From Solirubrobacteraceae bacterium (GTDB lineage Bacteria; Actinomycetota; Thermoleophilia; Solirubrobacterales; Solirubrobacteraceae): a DNA stretch of 39,110 nt. A program made the position numbers and the translations under genes. The stretch spans positions 1 through 39,110 of the forward strand of contig DASXCN010000197.1 in assembly GCA_036491155.1 (NCBI GenBank), in the 5' to 3' direction. The notes beneath the pieces are model-generated. The model was not told the origin of the DNA. It saw nothing but the letters and a program-made list of their open reading frames with translations, and did no database searches. Shown piece by piece: positions 1 through 8,424 of this stretch. The first letter of the stretch is position 1. Each line of letters begins with the position of its first letter.

Positions 1-1
1 G

Positions 2-781
2 GAGCTCAACGCGATCGCCTGCCCGACGACGACGTTGTGCGTGGCGGCTGACGGAAACGGTGCGATCGTGACCTCGACTGACCCGGTCAAGGGCACGTGG
101 GGCTCGCCGGTGACCGTCGACGCCCCTGACGGCGCCCCCAACACCATCCAGACGATTACCTGTCCGTCGGCAGCGCTGTGCGTGGCCGGTGACGCCGCCG
201 GCAACGTCGTGGCCAGCACCAACCCCAACGGCGGCGCCGGGGCGTGGAGCCTCAGCGACGTCGACGGCTGGCCCATCTTCGGAATCGCGTGCCCACCCGG
301 GAACACCTGTGCCGCTGTGGACGGCTGGGGCGGCGTGGTGCTCGGAGCGTCCTCGGTCTCGACCAACCCGGGTCCGACCGGACCGGCCCCGGTTCCGTCG
401 GTGGTCGCGGGCCGGCTCGTGGTGGTCGGGCACGTCAGAGTGGTCAAGCACACGAAGTTGCGCGTGCGCGTCGCCTGCAAGGGCGCCGCCGTGACGCGGT
501 GCGCGGGCCGTCTCACCCTGATCACCATGACCGGCGCGGGCCGGCACCGGCACAAGGTGGGAGTGGGTGGCCGCGCCATCAAGCTGCGCGGTGGCCGCGC
601 TCTCACCATCACCATGGCGCTCGACGCGCGCGGGCGCAAGCTGCTGAGGGCGGCGCACACGGTGGCGGTGCGCATGGCCATCACGCAGGGCAAGCGCAGC
701 GTGTTCGACCGGCGGTTCACCTTGCGCCACCCGGCCTCTCGTCGGAGGCACGCGCACACGACGACGGGGCACCAGACGTAG
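2..781 (+). CDS. Secreted/surface protein, 5'-truncated by the window. Has Cys-containing repeats (putative beta-propeller blades) and a basic C-terminal beta domain
   Basis: Frame is open from base 2 (ELNAIACPTTTLCVAADGNG...). Three copies of IxCPxxxxC(V/A)AxDxxG, a Pro-rich linker (PGPTGPAPVP), then an Arg/Lys/His-rich C-terminal domain with a Cys pair. Stop TAG at 779-781. Confidence 0.75.
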   Translation, partial: ELNAIACPTTTLCVAADGNGAIVTSTDPVKGTWGSPVTVDAPDGAPNTIQTITCPSAALCVAGDAAGNVVASTNPNGGAGAWSLSDVDGWPIFGIACPPGNTCAAVDGWGGVVLGASSVSTNPGPTGPAPVPSVVAGRLVVVGHVRVVKHTKLRVRVACKGAAVTRCAGRLTLITMTGAGRHRHKVGVGGRAIKLRGGRALTITMALDARGRKLLRAAHTVAVRMAITQGKRSVFDRRFTLRHPASRRRHAHTTTGHQT

Positions 782-791
782 GGAGGAGAGA

Positions 792-831
792 GGGGAGGGG
801 CGCGCGGCCAGTCCGGCGCGCGCCCCGCCCC
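792..831 (+). terminator. GC-rich stem-loop, probable intrinsic terminator
   Basis: ggggaggggcgcgcg (792-806) pairs with cgcgcgccccgcccc (817-831) at 14/15 positions, about 10 nt after the stop codon. No U-tract. Confidence 0.55.
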
Positions 832-900
832 CTGCACGCGCCCCGGGCTCTGACCGCGCTGCGGCCCCTGCGGCACGCGCCCGGAATCAATCGACCCCCA

Positions 901-928
901 TATGCTATTCTGACGTTTACGTAAGAAT
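901..928 (+). promoter_or_regulatory. -10 box (TATGCT) followed by a 22-bp palindromic operator, probable MerR-family site
   Basis: attctgacgt-tt-acgtaagaat (907-928) has 9/10 arm symmetry. It is an AT-rich island directly upstream of the MFS-MerR-MFS operon. Confidence 0.65.
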
Positions 929-949
929 TCGATTGAAGGCAGGCCTGAG

Positions 950-2473
950 TTGTCCGTGTTACAAGCTCCCCAGGCTGAGGGTCCGGCGACCCGTCGCCGC
1001 CTCGGCGTGCACGCCGATCACGACTCCTACAAGTGGTGGGCTCTGTCCTGCACGAGCCTGGGGATGCTGCTCGCGACGATCAACTCCGGCACCCTGATCA
1101 TCGCGCTGCCCGACCTCGAGCGCAGTCTGCACACGAGCCTGCTCGAGTTGGTGTGGGTGATCCTGGTCTACATGATCGCCTCGACCGTGCTAGTGCTCAG
1201 CGCGGGCCGGCTGTCTGATCAGTTCGGGCGAAAGAAGGCCTACGTGCTGGGCTTCCTGGTGTTCGCGGCGGCGTCACTGGGCGCCGGGTTCGCGGCCAAC
1301 GGCACCCAGCTCATCCTGTGGCGGATCCTGCAGGGGATCGGCGGAGCGTTCCTGTTCGCCAACGCCGCCGCGATCGTCACCGACGCCTTCCCCAAGGAGC
1401 AGCTCGGGCTGGCCATGGGCACCAACACGATGGTCGCCGCCATCGGCCTGGTCATCGGGCCGGTGTTGGGCGGCGCGCTGGTGGCGATCTCGTGGCACTG
1501 GGTGTTCTGGTTCAACGTCCCCTTCGGCATCGCCGGCAGCGTCTGGGGCGGCTACGTCCTGCACGAGGTCACCGGGCGCGGCGAGGACCGCTCCTTTGAC
1601 TATCTCGGCACCCTGACCTTCCTCGTCGGCCTCACCGGCTTGGTCTACGGGATCTCCAAGGGCGGGATCTCGGGCTGGACCTCGCCGGGGACGATCCCCG
1701 CTCTCATCCTCGCCGTCGTGTTCCTGCCGGCGTTCGTGCTCATCGAGTCGCGCATGAAGGCGCCGATGCTGGACCTCTCGATCTTCCGCAACCGTCTGTT
1801 CGCCACCGCCTCGGGCGCTGCCTTCGCCAACGGCCTGTCCCGGTTCGCGCTGATGTTCGTGTTCGTCTTCTACTTCCAAGGGGTGCAGGGCGACTCACCC
1901 ATCCTGGCCGGTGTGAAGCTGGCCCCGCTGGCTCTGGGAATGCTCATCGCCTCGCCGGCGGCCGGGATGTGGGCGGACCGCCGCGGCTCGCGCACCCTGG
2001 CGGTGCTCGGAATGCTCGTCACCGCGCTGGGACTGGCGCTGATGACCACGCTCCAGCGCGACACCAGCTACGTGTGGCCGGGGATCTACATGTTCATCGT
2101 CGGGATCGGCTCAGGCATGTTCAACTCGCCCAACACCGCCGCCATGATGGGCACCGTGGCGCCGCACCGCCGCGGGATCGCCGCCGGCGCGCGGGTGCTG
2201 GTGCAGAACACCGGAGCGGTCATCTCGATCGCCTTCGTCCTGGCTATCGTCACCTCGGCGGTCCCCAAGCACGTGCTCTTCGCGGTGTTCTCGGGCGTGG
2301 CCAGCCACATCTCCAACGCGCAGCTCGTGCCCTTCATCGCCAACATGCACACGGCGCTGTGGTGCCTGTGCGGGGTGTCGATCGTCGGAGCCTTCATCTC
2401 CGCGGCTCGGCCCAAGGACGTGGTCGCGCCCGCGCCGGAGAAGTCTCGCGAGCCTCAGGCGGCGCTGTCATGA
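950..2473 (+). CDS. MFS transporter, DHA2 (EmrB/QacA-like, about 14 TM) efflux family
   Basis: Motif A-like GRLSDQFGRKK, RILQGIGGA, GPVLGGAL..WHWVFWFNVPFG and PMLDLSIFRNR. Many hydrophobic segments. Confidence 0.92.
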   Translation: MSVLQAPQAEGPATRRRLGVHADHDSYKWWALSCTSLGMLLATINSGTLIIALPDLERSLHTSLLELVWVILVYMIASTVLVLSAGRLSDQFGRKKAYVLGFLVFAAASLGAGFAANGTQLILWRILQGIGGAFLFANAAAIVTDAFPKEQLGLAMGTNTMVAAIGLVIGPVLGGALVAISWHWVFWFNVPFGIAGSVWGGYVLHEVTGRGEDRSFDYLGTLTFLVGLTGLVYGISKGGISGWTSPGTIPALILAVVFLPAFVLIESRMKAPMLDLSIFRNRLFATASGAAFANGLSRFALMFVFVFYFQGVQGDSPILAGVKLAPLALGMLIASPAAGMWADRRGSRTLAVLGMLVTALGLALMTTLQRDTSYVWPGIYMFIVGIGSGMFNSPNTAAMMGTVAPHRRGIAAGARVLVQNTGAVISIAFVLAIVTSAVPKHVLFAVFSGVASHISNAQLVPFIANMHTALWCLCGVSIVGAFISAARPKDVVAPAPEKSREPQAALS

Positions 2474-2916
2474 GCGCCACCGCTGCTCGCCAGCTGCGCA
2501 TCGGTGAGGTGGCCGAGCTCACCGGCACCACCCCGCGCACGATCCGCTATTACGAGGAGATCGGGCTGCTGGACCGCGCGCCCGAGCGGGCCCAGGGCAA
2601 GCACCGCGTCTACACCCAGGCCGACGTGGACCGTGTCAGCGAGATCATCCGCCTGCGCGACCTCCTCGGCCTGTCGCTGGAGCAGCTCTCCCAGTTGCTC
2701 GAGGCCGAGAGTGCCCGCGCGCACCTGCGCGACGAGCTCGCCCACACCGAGGACCCGACGGAGCGCAAGCGGATCCTGGAGGAGCTGCTGACCCACATCT
2801 CAGGTCAGCTCGACCTCGTCCAGACCCGGCGCACCGAGCTCACCGATCTCGCTGCCGAGCTCTCCGACAAGCAGAACAAGGTCAGGCAGAAGATCCGCGA
2901 GATCGACGGGGAGTGA
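2470..2916 (+). CDS. MerR-family transcriptional regulator
   Basis: ATG at 2470 overlaps the MFS stop (ATGA). LRIGEVAELTGTTPRTIRYYEEIGLL...HRVY is the MerR HTH, followed by a coiled-coil. This is the tail of ORF 1969..2916. Confidence 0.92.
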   Translation: MSATAARQLRIGEVAELTGTTPRTIRYYEEIGLLDRAPERAQGKHRVYTQADVDRVSEIIRLRDLLGLSLEQLSQLLEAESARAHLRDELAHTEDPTERKRILEELLTHISGQLDLVQTRRTELTDLAAELSDKQNKVRQKIREIDGE

Positions 2917-4160
2917 GCACCGCCGCCCCAAGCCGGGCCGGCGTTGACCGGCGCGCGATGGCGATGCTCTCGGCCGGGCACCTGTTCACCGACGTCGGTC
3001 AGGGGTCGATCCCGGCGCTGCTGCCCTTCCTCATCGTCAGGGACCATCTCAGCTACGCCGGCGCTTCGGCGTTGATCCTGGCGGCCACCATCGCCAGCTC
3101 GGTGATTCAGCCTGTGTTCGGCCATCTGTCGGACCGCCGCTCGCTGCCGTGGCTGATGCCGCTCGGGCCGGTGCTCGGCGGGCTGGGCGTGGGGCTGGCC
3201 GCCATCGCTCCCAGCTACGGACTCAGCTTCGCGGCGGTTGTGGTCAGCGGAATCGGCGTCGCCGCCTTCCACCCCGAGGGCTCACGCTTTGCCAACTACG
3301 TCTCCGGGGCGCGGCGCTCGAGCGGCATGAGCCTGTTCAGCGTCGGCGGCAACGTCGGCTTCGCGTTGGGGCCGGCCCTGGTTACGCCTCTGGTGCTGGT
3401 CTTCGGCCTCTCGGGCGCGCTCCTGGTCATCCTGCCCACGTCGCTCATGGGCATCGTGCTCTCCCGCGAGCTGCCCCGCCTGAAGACCTTCCGCGTCGAC
3501 CTCACCCAGCGACACGCGGCGGACGCGGCAAACCAGGATGCCTGGGGCCCGTTCACGCTGCTCGCCGTCGTCATCGCCCTGCGCTCGTTCGTGTACTTCG
3601 GCTTCATCACCTTCATCCCGCTCTATTTCATCCACGACCTGCACACGGGCCGCGGTGTCGGGGGCGCAGCACTGACGGTCATGCTCGTGGGAGGGGCGAT
3701 CGGCACGCTGGTCGGAGGCCAGCTCGCCGACCGCTTCGGGCGCCGGTCGGTGCTCATCGGCTCGATGGCGGTGCTGCCGTTCCTCACCGTCGGCTTCCTC
3801 CTCTCGCCTCCCGCGCCGGCCATGCTCTTCGCCGCGATCGCCGGCGCGGCCACGATCGCTACCTTCGCGGTCACGATCGTCATGGGCCAGGAGTTCCTGC
3901 CAGGCCGGATCGGCGTGGCCTCGGGCGTCACCATCGGCCTGTCGGTGGGGATGGGCGGCGTCGCCGCCCCGCTGCTGGGCATCCTGGCCGACACCGACGG
4001 GCTGCGCTCGGTGTTCGAGCTCGTCATCGTCTTCCCGCTGGCCGCGCTCGCGCTCAGCCTGCTGCTCCCGGTGCGCCGCGATCCCGGCCACGAGGCGCCC
4101 GCGCAACCCGCGTCTGCCCGTCGCACAGCGCCAACACAACCGCAACGGTCGCCGGCGTAA
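2913..4160 (+). CDS. MFS transporter, Fsr (fosmidomycin resistance)-like family
   Basis: SAGHLFTD..QG.IPALLP, QPVFGHLSDR, AAFHPEG, SLFSVGGNVG and GGQLADRFGRR. GTGA overlap with the MerR stop. Confidence 0.88.
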   Translation: MSTAAPSRAGVDRRAMAMLSAGHLFTDVGQGSIPALLPFLIVRDHLSYAGASALILAATIASSVIQPVFGHLSDRRSLPWLMPLGPVLGGLGVGLAAIAPSYGLSFAAVVVSGIGVAAFHPEGSRFANYVSGARRSSGMSLFSVGGNVGFALGPALVTPLVLVFGLSGALLVILPTSLMGIVLSRELPRLKTFRVDLTQRHAADAANQDAWGPFTLLAVVIALRSFVYFGFITFIPLYFIHDLHTGRGVGGAALTVMLVGGAIGTLVGGQLADRFGRRSVLIGSMAVLPFLTVGFLLSPPAPAMLFAAIAGAATIATFAVTIVMGQEFLPGRIGVASGVTIGLSVGMGGVAAPLLGILADTDGLRSVFELVIVFPLAALALSLLLPVRRDPGHEAPAQPASARRTAPTQPQRSPA

Positions 4161-4268
4161 CCACCGCCGAGTGACGCTGTAGATTCCGGTGACACGCCGG
4201 TCCTGAGGCGTCGCACCGTCAGGCCGTATGGCTCAGCGCGCTATCCGCGGAGCCGGCGCTCCTTTTGC

Positions 4269-5981
4269 ATGTCCCGCATCCGTCAATGCACCGCACGCTG
4301 CACCCCTGCCCTGGCCGCTCTCGCCGCGGCGCTCGTCGGCCTCGTCAACGTCGCCTCGGCGCTGACCCCGAACATCCGCTGGCGCGGCCGGCTACTGCTC
4401 GACGTAGAGCCCGTCGAGGCGGTGCGGCTGTTCCACGCCTTCGCGCTCCCGGCGGGAGCGGCGCTGCTGCTGGTCAGCCCGTATCTGCTCAAGCGCCGGC
4501 GCCGGGCCTGGCAGATCGCCGTCTGGCTGATGCTCGTCCTCGGCCTGCTGGACCTGCTCAAGGGCCTCGATGTCGAGGAGACCGTGCTCACGTGGGCTAC
4601 GGCGGCATGGCTGTTCGCCGGCGCTGCGGAGTTCCGCGTCGAGCACGACGCGATCACGCTGCGCAGTTCGATCTGGCGGGTACCTCTATTGGGCGCCTTC
4701 GGGCTGGGCCTGGCCGCTGTCGCCACCTGGGTATCCGAGGGCCGGCCCTCGTTCACCGCCGTCGTGCGCGAGACGGGGGATCTGCTGGCGTGGCAGTCGG
4801 GGCCGCTGCGCTTCGAGCATCACGCGATCGGCGATCACGCGTTTGCCTGGGTTCCGCTCGGCGTCCATCTGCTCGAGCTGGGGACGCTGCTGGCCATGGC
4901 CTACGTCGTGTTCAGGCCGCTCGCCGCCCCAGCCGCGCTGCCCGGTCCGGCCGCCCGTCGTGCGGCGGCACAGCTCGTCCGGACCCACGGCTCGGACACG
5001 CTGTCGTTCTTCAAGCTGCGCGCCGACAAGCACTACTTCTTCAGCTCCGACCGCTCGGCCTTCGTCGGCTACCGGGTCGAGAACGGGGTGCTGCTGCTCT
5101 CCGGTGATCCCGTGGGGCCCGACGCCGCCCTTTGCGGGTTGCTGGACGACCTCAAGGACTTCGCGGAGGCCCGCGGGCTCAAGCTGGCCGCGGTGGGGGC
5201 TAGCCAGCGGCTGCTGCCGGTGTGGGAGCAGCTGGGGCTGCGCACGATGTACCTCGGCGATGAGGCGATCATCGATGTCGGGGAGTTCTCGCTGGAGGGC
5301 CGGCCGATCCGCAAGGTGCGCCAGTCGGTCAGCCGTCTGCGCAAGGCCGGGTACAGCGCCGAGCTGCACCGTGTGTCCGCTCTGGCGCCAGAGGTCGCCG
5401 CGGAGGCCGAGGCGGTGCTGGAGCGCGGCCGGGAGGGCGCGCCCGAGCGTGGCTTCTCGATGGCGATGGACTCGATGCACGGCGACCACGGCGAGGACAC
5501 GCTGGTGGTCCTCGCCCGCGACGAGCAGCACGCCGTTCGTGGCGTCCTGCACTTCGTTCCCTGCTTCGGGCGCTCGGCCATGTCCCTCTCGTTCATGCGC
5601 CGTGACGCGAGCACGCCCAACGGGCTCACCGAGTTCATGGTCGTCAGTGCGGTGGAGCTGTTGCGCGCGCGGGGCGTGGATGAGATGTCTCTCAACTTCG
5701 CGGCCTTCGCCCGTTGGATCCACAGCCCTGAGCGCCGTGCCGAGCGGGCTCTGGGGAGGCTCATCGCTCTGGGCAATCGGTTCTTTCAGATCGAGAGCCT
5801 GTACCGGTTCAACGCGAAGTTCTTCCCGCGTTGGCAGCCCCGATATCTGGTCTACCAGGGGGCACTCGGACTGCCGCGGGCGAGCCTCGCGGCGATGTGG
5901 GCCGAGGGCCAGATCCCCAAGCCCGAACTACCGCGAGGAGGTTCGTCGATGGGGACGCGCCAGATGGCACGGGCACGCTAA
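4269..5981 (+). CDS. Aminoacyl-phosphatidylglycerol synthase domain protein (MprF C-terminal/DUF2156 type, LysX-like without the LysRS domain)
   Basis: N-terminal TM helices followed by HGSDTLSFF.LR.DK, GDPVG, ERGFSMA, MRR...PNGLTEFM, SLNFAAF and FQIESLYRFNAKF.P.W.PRY. Exact start uncertain (no clear SD). Confidence 0.85.
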   Translation: MSRIRQCTARCTPALAALAAALVGLVNVASALTPNIRWRGRLLLDVEPVEAVRLFHAFALPAGAALLLVSPYLLKRRRRAWQIAVWLMLVLGLLDLLKGLDVEETVLTWATAAWLFAGAAEFRVEHDAITLRSSIWRVPLLGAFGLGLAAVATWVSEGRPSFTAVVRETGDLLAWQSGPLRFEHHAIGDHAFAWVPLGVHLLELGTLLAMAYVVFRPLAAPAALPGPAARRAAAQLVRTHGSDTLSFFKLRADKHYFFSSDRSAFVGYRVENGVLLLSGDPVGPDAALCGLLDDLKDFAEARGLKLAAVGASQRLLPVWEQLGLRTMYLGDEAIIDVGEFSLEGRPIRKVRQSVSRLRKAGYSAELHRVSALAPEVAAEAEAVLERGREGAPERGFSMAMDSMHGDHGEDTLVVLARDEQHAVRGVLHFVPCFGRSAMSLSFMRRDASTPNGLTEFMVVSAVELLRARGVDEMSLNFAAFARWIHSPERRAERALGRLIALGNRFFQIESLYRFNAKFFPRWQPRYLVYQGALGLPRASLAAMWAEGQIPKPELPRGGSSMGTRQMARAR

Positions 5982-5994
5982 CCTCGCTCTAACT

Positions 5995-6041
5995 AAGAGG
6001 CGGCTCTCCACTACCCTCCTGGTAGTGGCGCGCGGCCTCTT
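5995..6041 (+). other. Long stem-loop between the LysX-like gene and the atp operon; terminator and/or promoter-overlapping structure
   Basis: aagaggc (5995-6001) pairs with gcctctt (6035-6041), enclosing ccactacc (6008-6015)/ggtagtgg (6021-6028). A TACCCT -10-like hexamer lies at 6012-6017. Confidence 0.45.
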
Positions 6042-6142
6042 CCGGCGCTGAAATACAGGCGACGCCTGTTGGTCCTGCGCCGATAGCCTACGCGCCCCTC
6101 AACCCAGTACCGCCAGCTTGCCAAGCAGCTTCAGCAGACCCA

Positions 6143-6349
6143 ATGCAAAAAAGCAGCCGTTCGCCCTTGACGGGCAAAGACGTAGCCGGCGCGGGAATGT
6201 TCCTGCTGTCGGCGAATCTTCTGTTCGCGGCGGTGGGGACGGGTATTGGTGCGCTGTTCGGTGCAGCCCTGGCGCTGGGGATCATCGGCTTCCTGATCGG
6301 CTTCCTGGTGGGGATCTACCTTGTCATTAGGCGCTTCCGCGGTTACTGA
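6143..6349 (+). CDS. Small membrane protein, AtpZ/AtpQ-like first gene of the atp operon
   Basis: 68 aa with two TM segments (GIGALFG, LGIIGFLIGFLVGIY). Sits at the head of the atp operon. Confidence 0.7.
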   Translation: MQKSSRSPLTGKDVAGAGMFLLSANLLFAAVGTGIGALFGAALALGIIGFLIGFLVGIYLVIRRFRGY

Positions 6350-6359
6350 GCGACCACCC

Positions 6360-6707
6360 GTGAGTGTGCTCGCCTTCTTCGACATCATCGTGCTGGTGGT
6401 CGCGGCGCCGATCATGCTGCTCATCGGCGTCCCCGCTTCCGGCTACGCCATCGGCGCCGGCGCGTGGATCGCGCTACGCGCAGCCAATGTGGGCGTCGAC
6501 CGCGTCACCGCGAGCATGGACGCTCAGCGCCAGATCAGCCTGCGACTGGGCTTCATGCTCGCCCGGCTCTTCACCCTGGCCATCGCGGTGATCATCGCCC
6601 GCAACGTCGACGGCAAGGACGCCGGCGTCACCTGCCTAGCCGTGATCGTCTTCGCGTACACGATGTCGCTGGCCATCTCGGCCATGACCCGCACGAGGCC
6701 CCGATGA
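6360..6707 (+). CDS. atpI: ATP synthase protein I-like membrane protein
   Basis: About 4 TM segments, directly upstream of atpB with an ATGA overlap. Start chosen at GTG 6360 within ORF 6321..6707. Confidence 0.7.
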   Translation: MSVLAFFDIIVLVVAAPIMLLIGVPASGYAIGAGAWIALRAANVGVDRVTASMDAQRQISLRLGFMLARLFTLAIAVIIARNVDGKDAGVTCLAVIVFAYTMSLAISAMTRTRPR

Positions 6708-7591
6708 CCACCACCCGCAAGCTGCTCTGGGGCATCACCGGCTTCTACGTGGCCGGGATTGTGGTCCTGATCATCCTCTTCGGCTTCGGCCACCAGAACC
6801 ATGAGTTCCAGGTCCAGAACGAGTTCAAGCTCGACAACTGGCTCCACCTCGGCGTCTTCAGCATCAACCGCGCCGTTCTCTACCTCATCCTCGCCACGAT
6901 CCTCACCGTGGTGACCATGGTGTGGATCGCTGACCGGATGCACCAGCGGCCCAACAAGGTCCAGACCGCCGTCGAGGTCCTCTTCTCGCTGCTGCGCGAC
7001 AACATCACCCGCGGGAACATGCCCGATTCGATGGCGGCGAAGTGGTTCCCGTTCCTCGGGGCGCTGTTCCTCTTCATCTGGTTCAACAACCTGATCGGAT
7101 ACATCCCGCTCCCGACCAACTCAGGGCAGGAATTCGTCATCTTCGGTGCCCACATCCCGGCGTTCGCGCTCTACGCCGCCACCGCCAACATCTCGGTGCC
7201 GCTCATCCTCGCCGTCGTCGTGTTCATCGCCTTCAACTGGGTGGGCATCCGCGCCCAGGGCCCGATCGGCTACCTCAAGAGCCTGATCCCGGGTGGCGTC
7301 ACCGGGCCGATCCTGCTGCTGATCTTTCCGCTGGAGGTGATCTCCACCTTCATGCGGCTGCTCTCGCTGACCATCCGACTCTTCGCCAACATCCTGGCCG
7401 GCCACCTGATCATCCTGTTCATGGCCGGCGGACTGGCGGTGCTGCTCGGGTTGTCGTTCCTGGGCTGGTTCACCCTGCCGTTTGCGATCCTGCTCTACCT
7501 GTTCGAGTTGGGCCTGGTGGCGACGCTGCAGGCCTTCATCTTTGCGACTCTCGCCGCCATCTACATCAGCGGCGCGGTAACTCATCACTAA
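6704..7591 (+). CDS. atpB: ATP synthase Fo subunit a
   Basis: FIWFNNLIGYIP, ATANIS, and LSLTIRLFANILAGH with the essential Arg. LQAFIFATL also present. ATG at 6704. Confidence 0.96.
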   Translation: MTTTRKLLWGITGFYVAGIVVLIILFGFGHQNHEFQVQNEFKLDNWLHLGVFSINRAVLYLILATILTVVTMVWIADRMHQRPNKVQTAVEVLFSLLRDNITRGNMPDSMAAKWFPFLGALFLFIWFNNLIGYIPLPTNSGQEFVIFGAHIPAFALYAATANISVPLILAVVVFIAFNWVGIRAQGPIGYLKSLIPGGVTGPILLLIFPLEVISTFMRLLSLTIRLFANILAGHLIILFMAGGLAVLLGLSFLGWFTLPFAILLYLFELGLVATLQAFIFATLAAIYISGAVTHH

Positions 7592-7615
7592 AACCACGAA
7601 GGAGCTGACCTCACA

Positions 7616-7870
7616 GTGCTAGCGCTTACACACCTCCTCTCGTTCGGCGCCATCAGCGCCGGACTCGGCATCGGGATCGGAGGCGGACTGGGTGCCGTCG
7701 GTGCCGGCGTCGGCATCGGGATCATCTTCGGCAAGGTCATCGAGGGTGTGACCCGCCAGCCGGAGATGCGTGACGAGATCACTCAGATCCAGTGGCTCGG
7801 CTTCGCCCTGACCGAAGCGACATTCTTCTACGGGCTCGTCGCCGGCCTGCTCTCCTGGGTGCTGAAGTAA
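7616..7870 (+). CDS. atpE: ATP synthase Fo subunit c (H+-type signature)
   Basis: GxGxGxG helix, RQPE loop, and ion-binding Glu in ALTEAT. SD AAGGAG upstream. Confidence 0.96.
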   Translation: MLALTHLLSFGAISAGLGIGIGGGLGAVGAGVGIGIIFGKVIEGVTRQPEMRDEITQIQWLGFALTEATFFYGLVAGLLSWVLK

Positions 7871-7872
7871 CG

Positions 7873-8424
7873 ATGCCCGCACCGGTCACCGCCGCCTCCG
7901 GCGGCTCGTTCCTGATCACGCCCAACGTCGGGCTGATGATCTGGACGCTGCTGCTGTTCGGATTCTCCATGTTGATTCTGTGGAAGCTCGCCTTCCCGCG
8001 GATTTCGGCGGCCCTGGACAAGCGCCAGCATGCGATCGAGGAGTCGATCGATCACGCCGAGCGCATCCGCAAGCAGGCCGACGAGATCCTGGACGAGTAC
8101 CGCGAGCGCCTCAAGGAGGCCCGCGAGCAGGCCGACGACATCGTCTCGCGCGCCCGCCGGGCGGGGGAGGCCCACGAGCGCAAGTCCGAGGAGGAGGCCA
8201 AGGCCAAGCGCGAGCAGCTGCTGGAGCAGACGCGCCGCGACATCGAGACCGAGACCCGCCGCGCGATCCAGGAGATCCGCCACGAGGTCGCCGACCTCAC
8301 CGTGCTGGCCACCGAGAAGGTGACCCGCAAGACGCTCACCGAGGACGACCAGCGCCGACTCGTCGAGGACGCCCTGTCCGAGCTGGATTTCAGCGCCCTG
8401 GCGTCGGAGGCGGAACACAACTAG
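7873..8424 (+). CDS. atpF: ATP synthase Fo subunit b
   Basis: N-terminal TM (PNVGLMIWTLLLF...WKLAFPRI) followed by a long charged coiled-coil. ATG at 7873. Confidence 0.94.
   Translation: MPAPVTAASGGSFLITPNVGLMIWTLLLFGFSMLILWKLAFPRISAALDKRQHAIEESIDHAERIRKQADEILDEYRERLKEAREQADDIVSRARRAGEAHERKSEEEAKAKREQLLEQTRRDIETETRRAIQEIRHEVADLTVLATEKVTRKTLTEDDQRRLVEDALSELDFSALASEAEHN

Noticed and set aside
1969-2469. N-terminal extensions in the ORF track (MerR 1969, atpB 6464, atpF 7792, M20 15033, ManC 18955, PGI/PMI 19701, Mce 33596 and 35080)
   Set aside because: They overlap upstream genes. Internal starts at or just after the upstream stop codons give family-typical N-termini.
4570-6051. Long alternative-frame + strand ORFs (also 3149..4174, 9224..10198 and others)
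   Set aside because: They are Arg/Pro/Ser-rich off-frame translations overlapping genes with family motifs.
5982-6142. Known riboswitch or ncRNA in the atp leader
   Set aside because: Hairpins exist (5995-6041, 6055-6069) but match no consensus I recognise. They are explainable as terminator or promoter structure.
7616-7870. Na+-translocating ATP synthase
   Set aside because: The c subunit has E-A-T rather than E-S/T and lacks the Gln of the Na+ signature, so it is consistent with H+ coupling.
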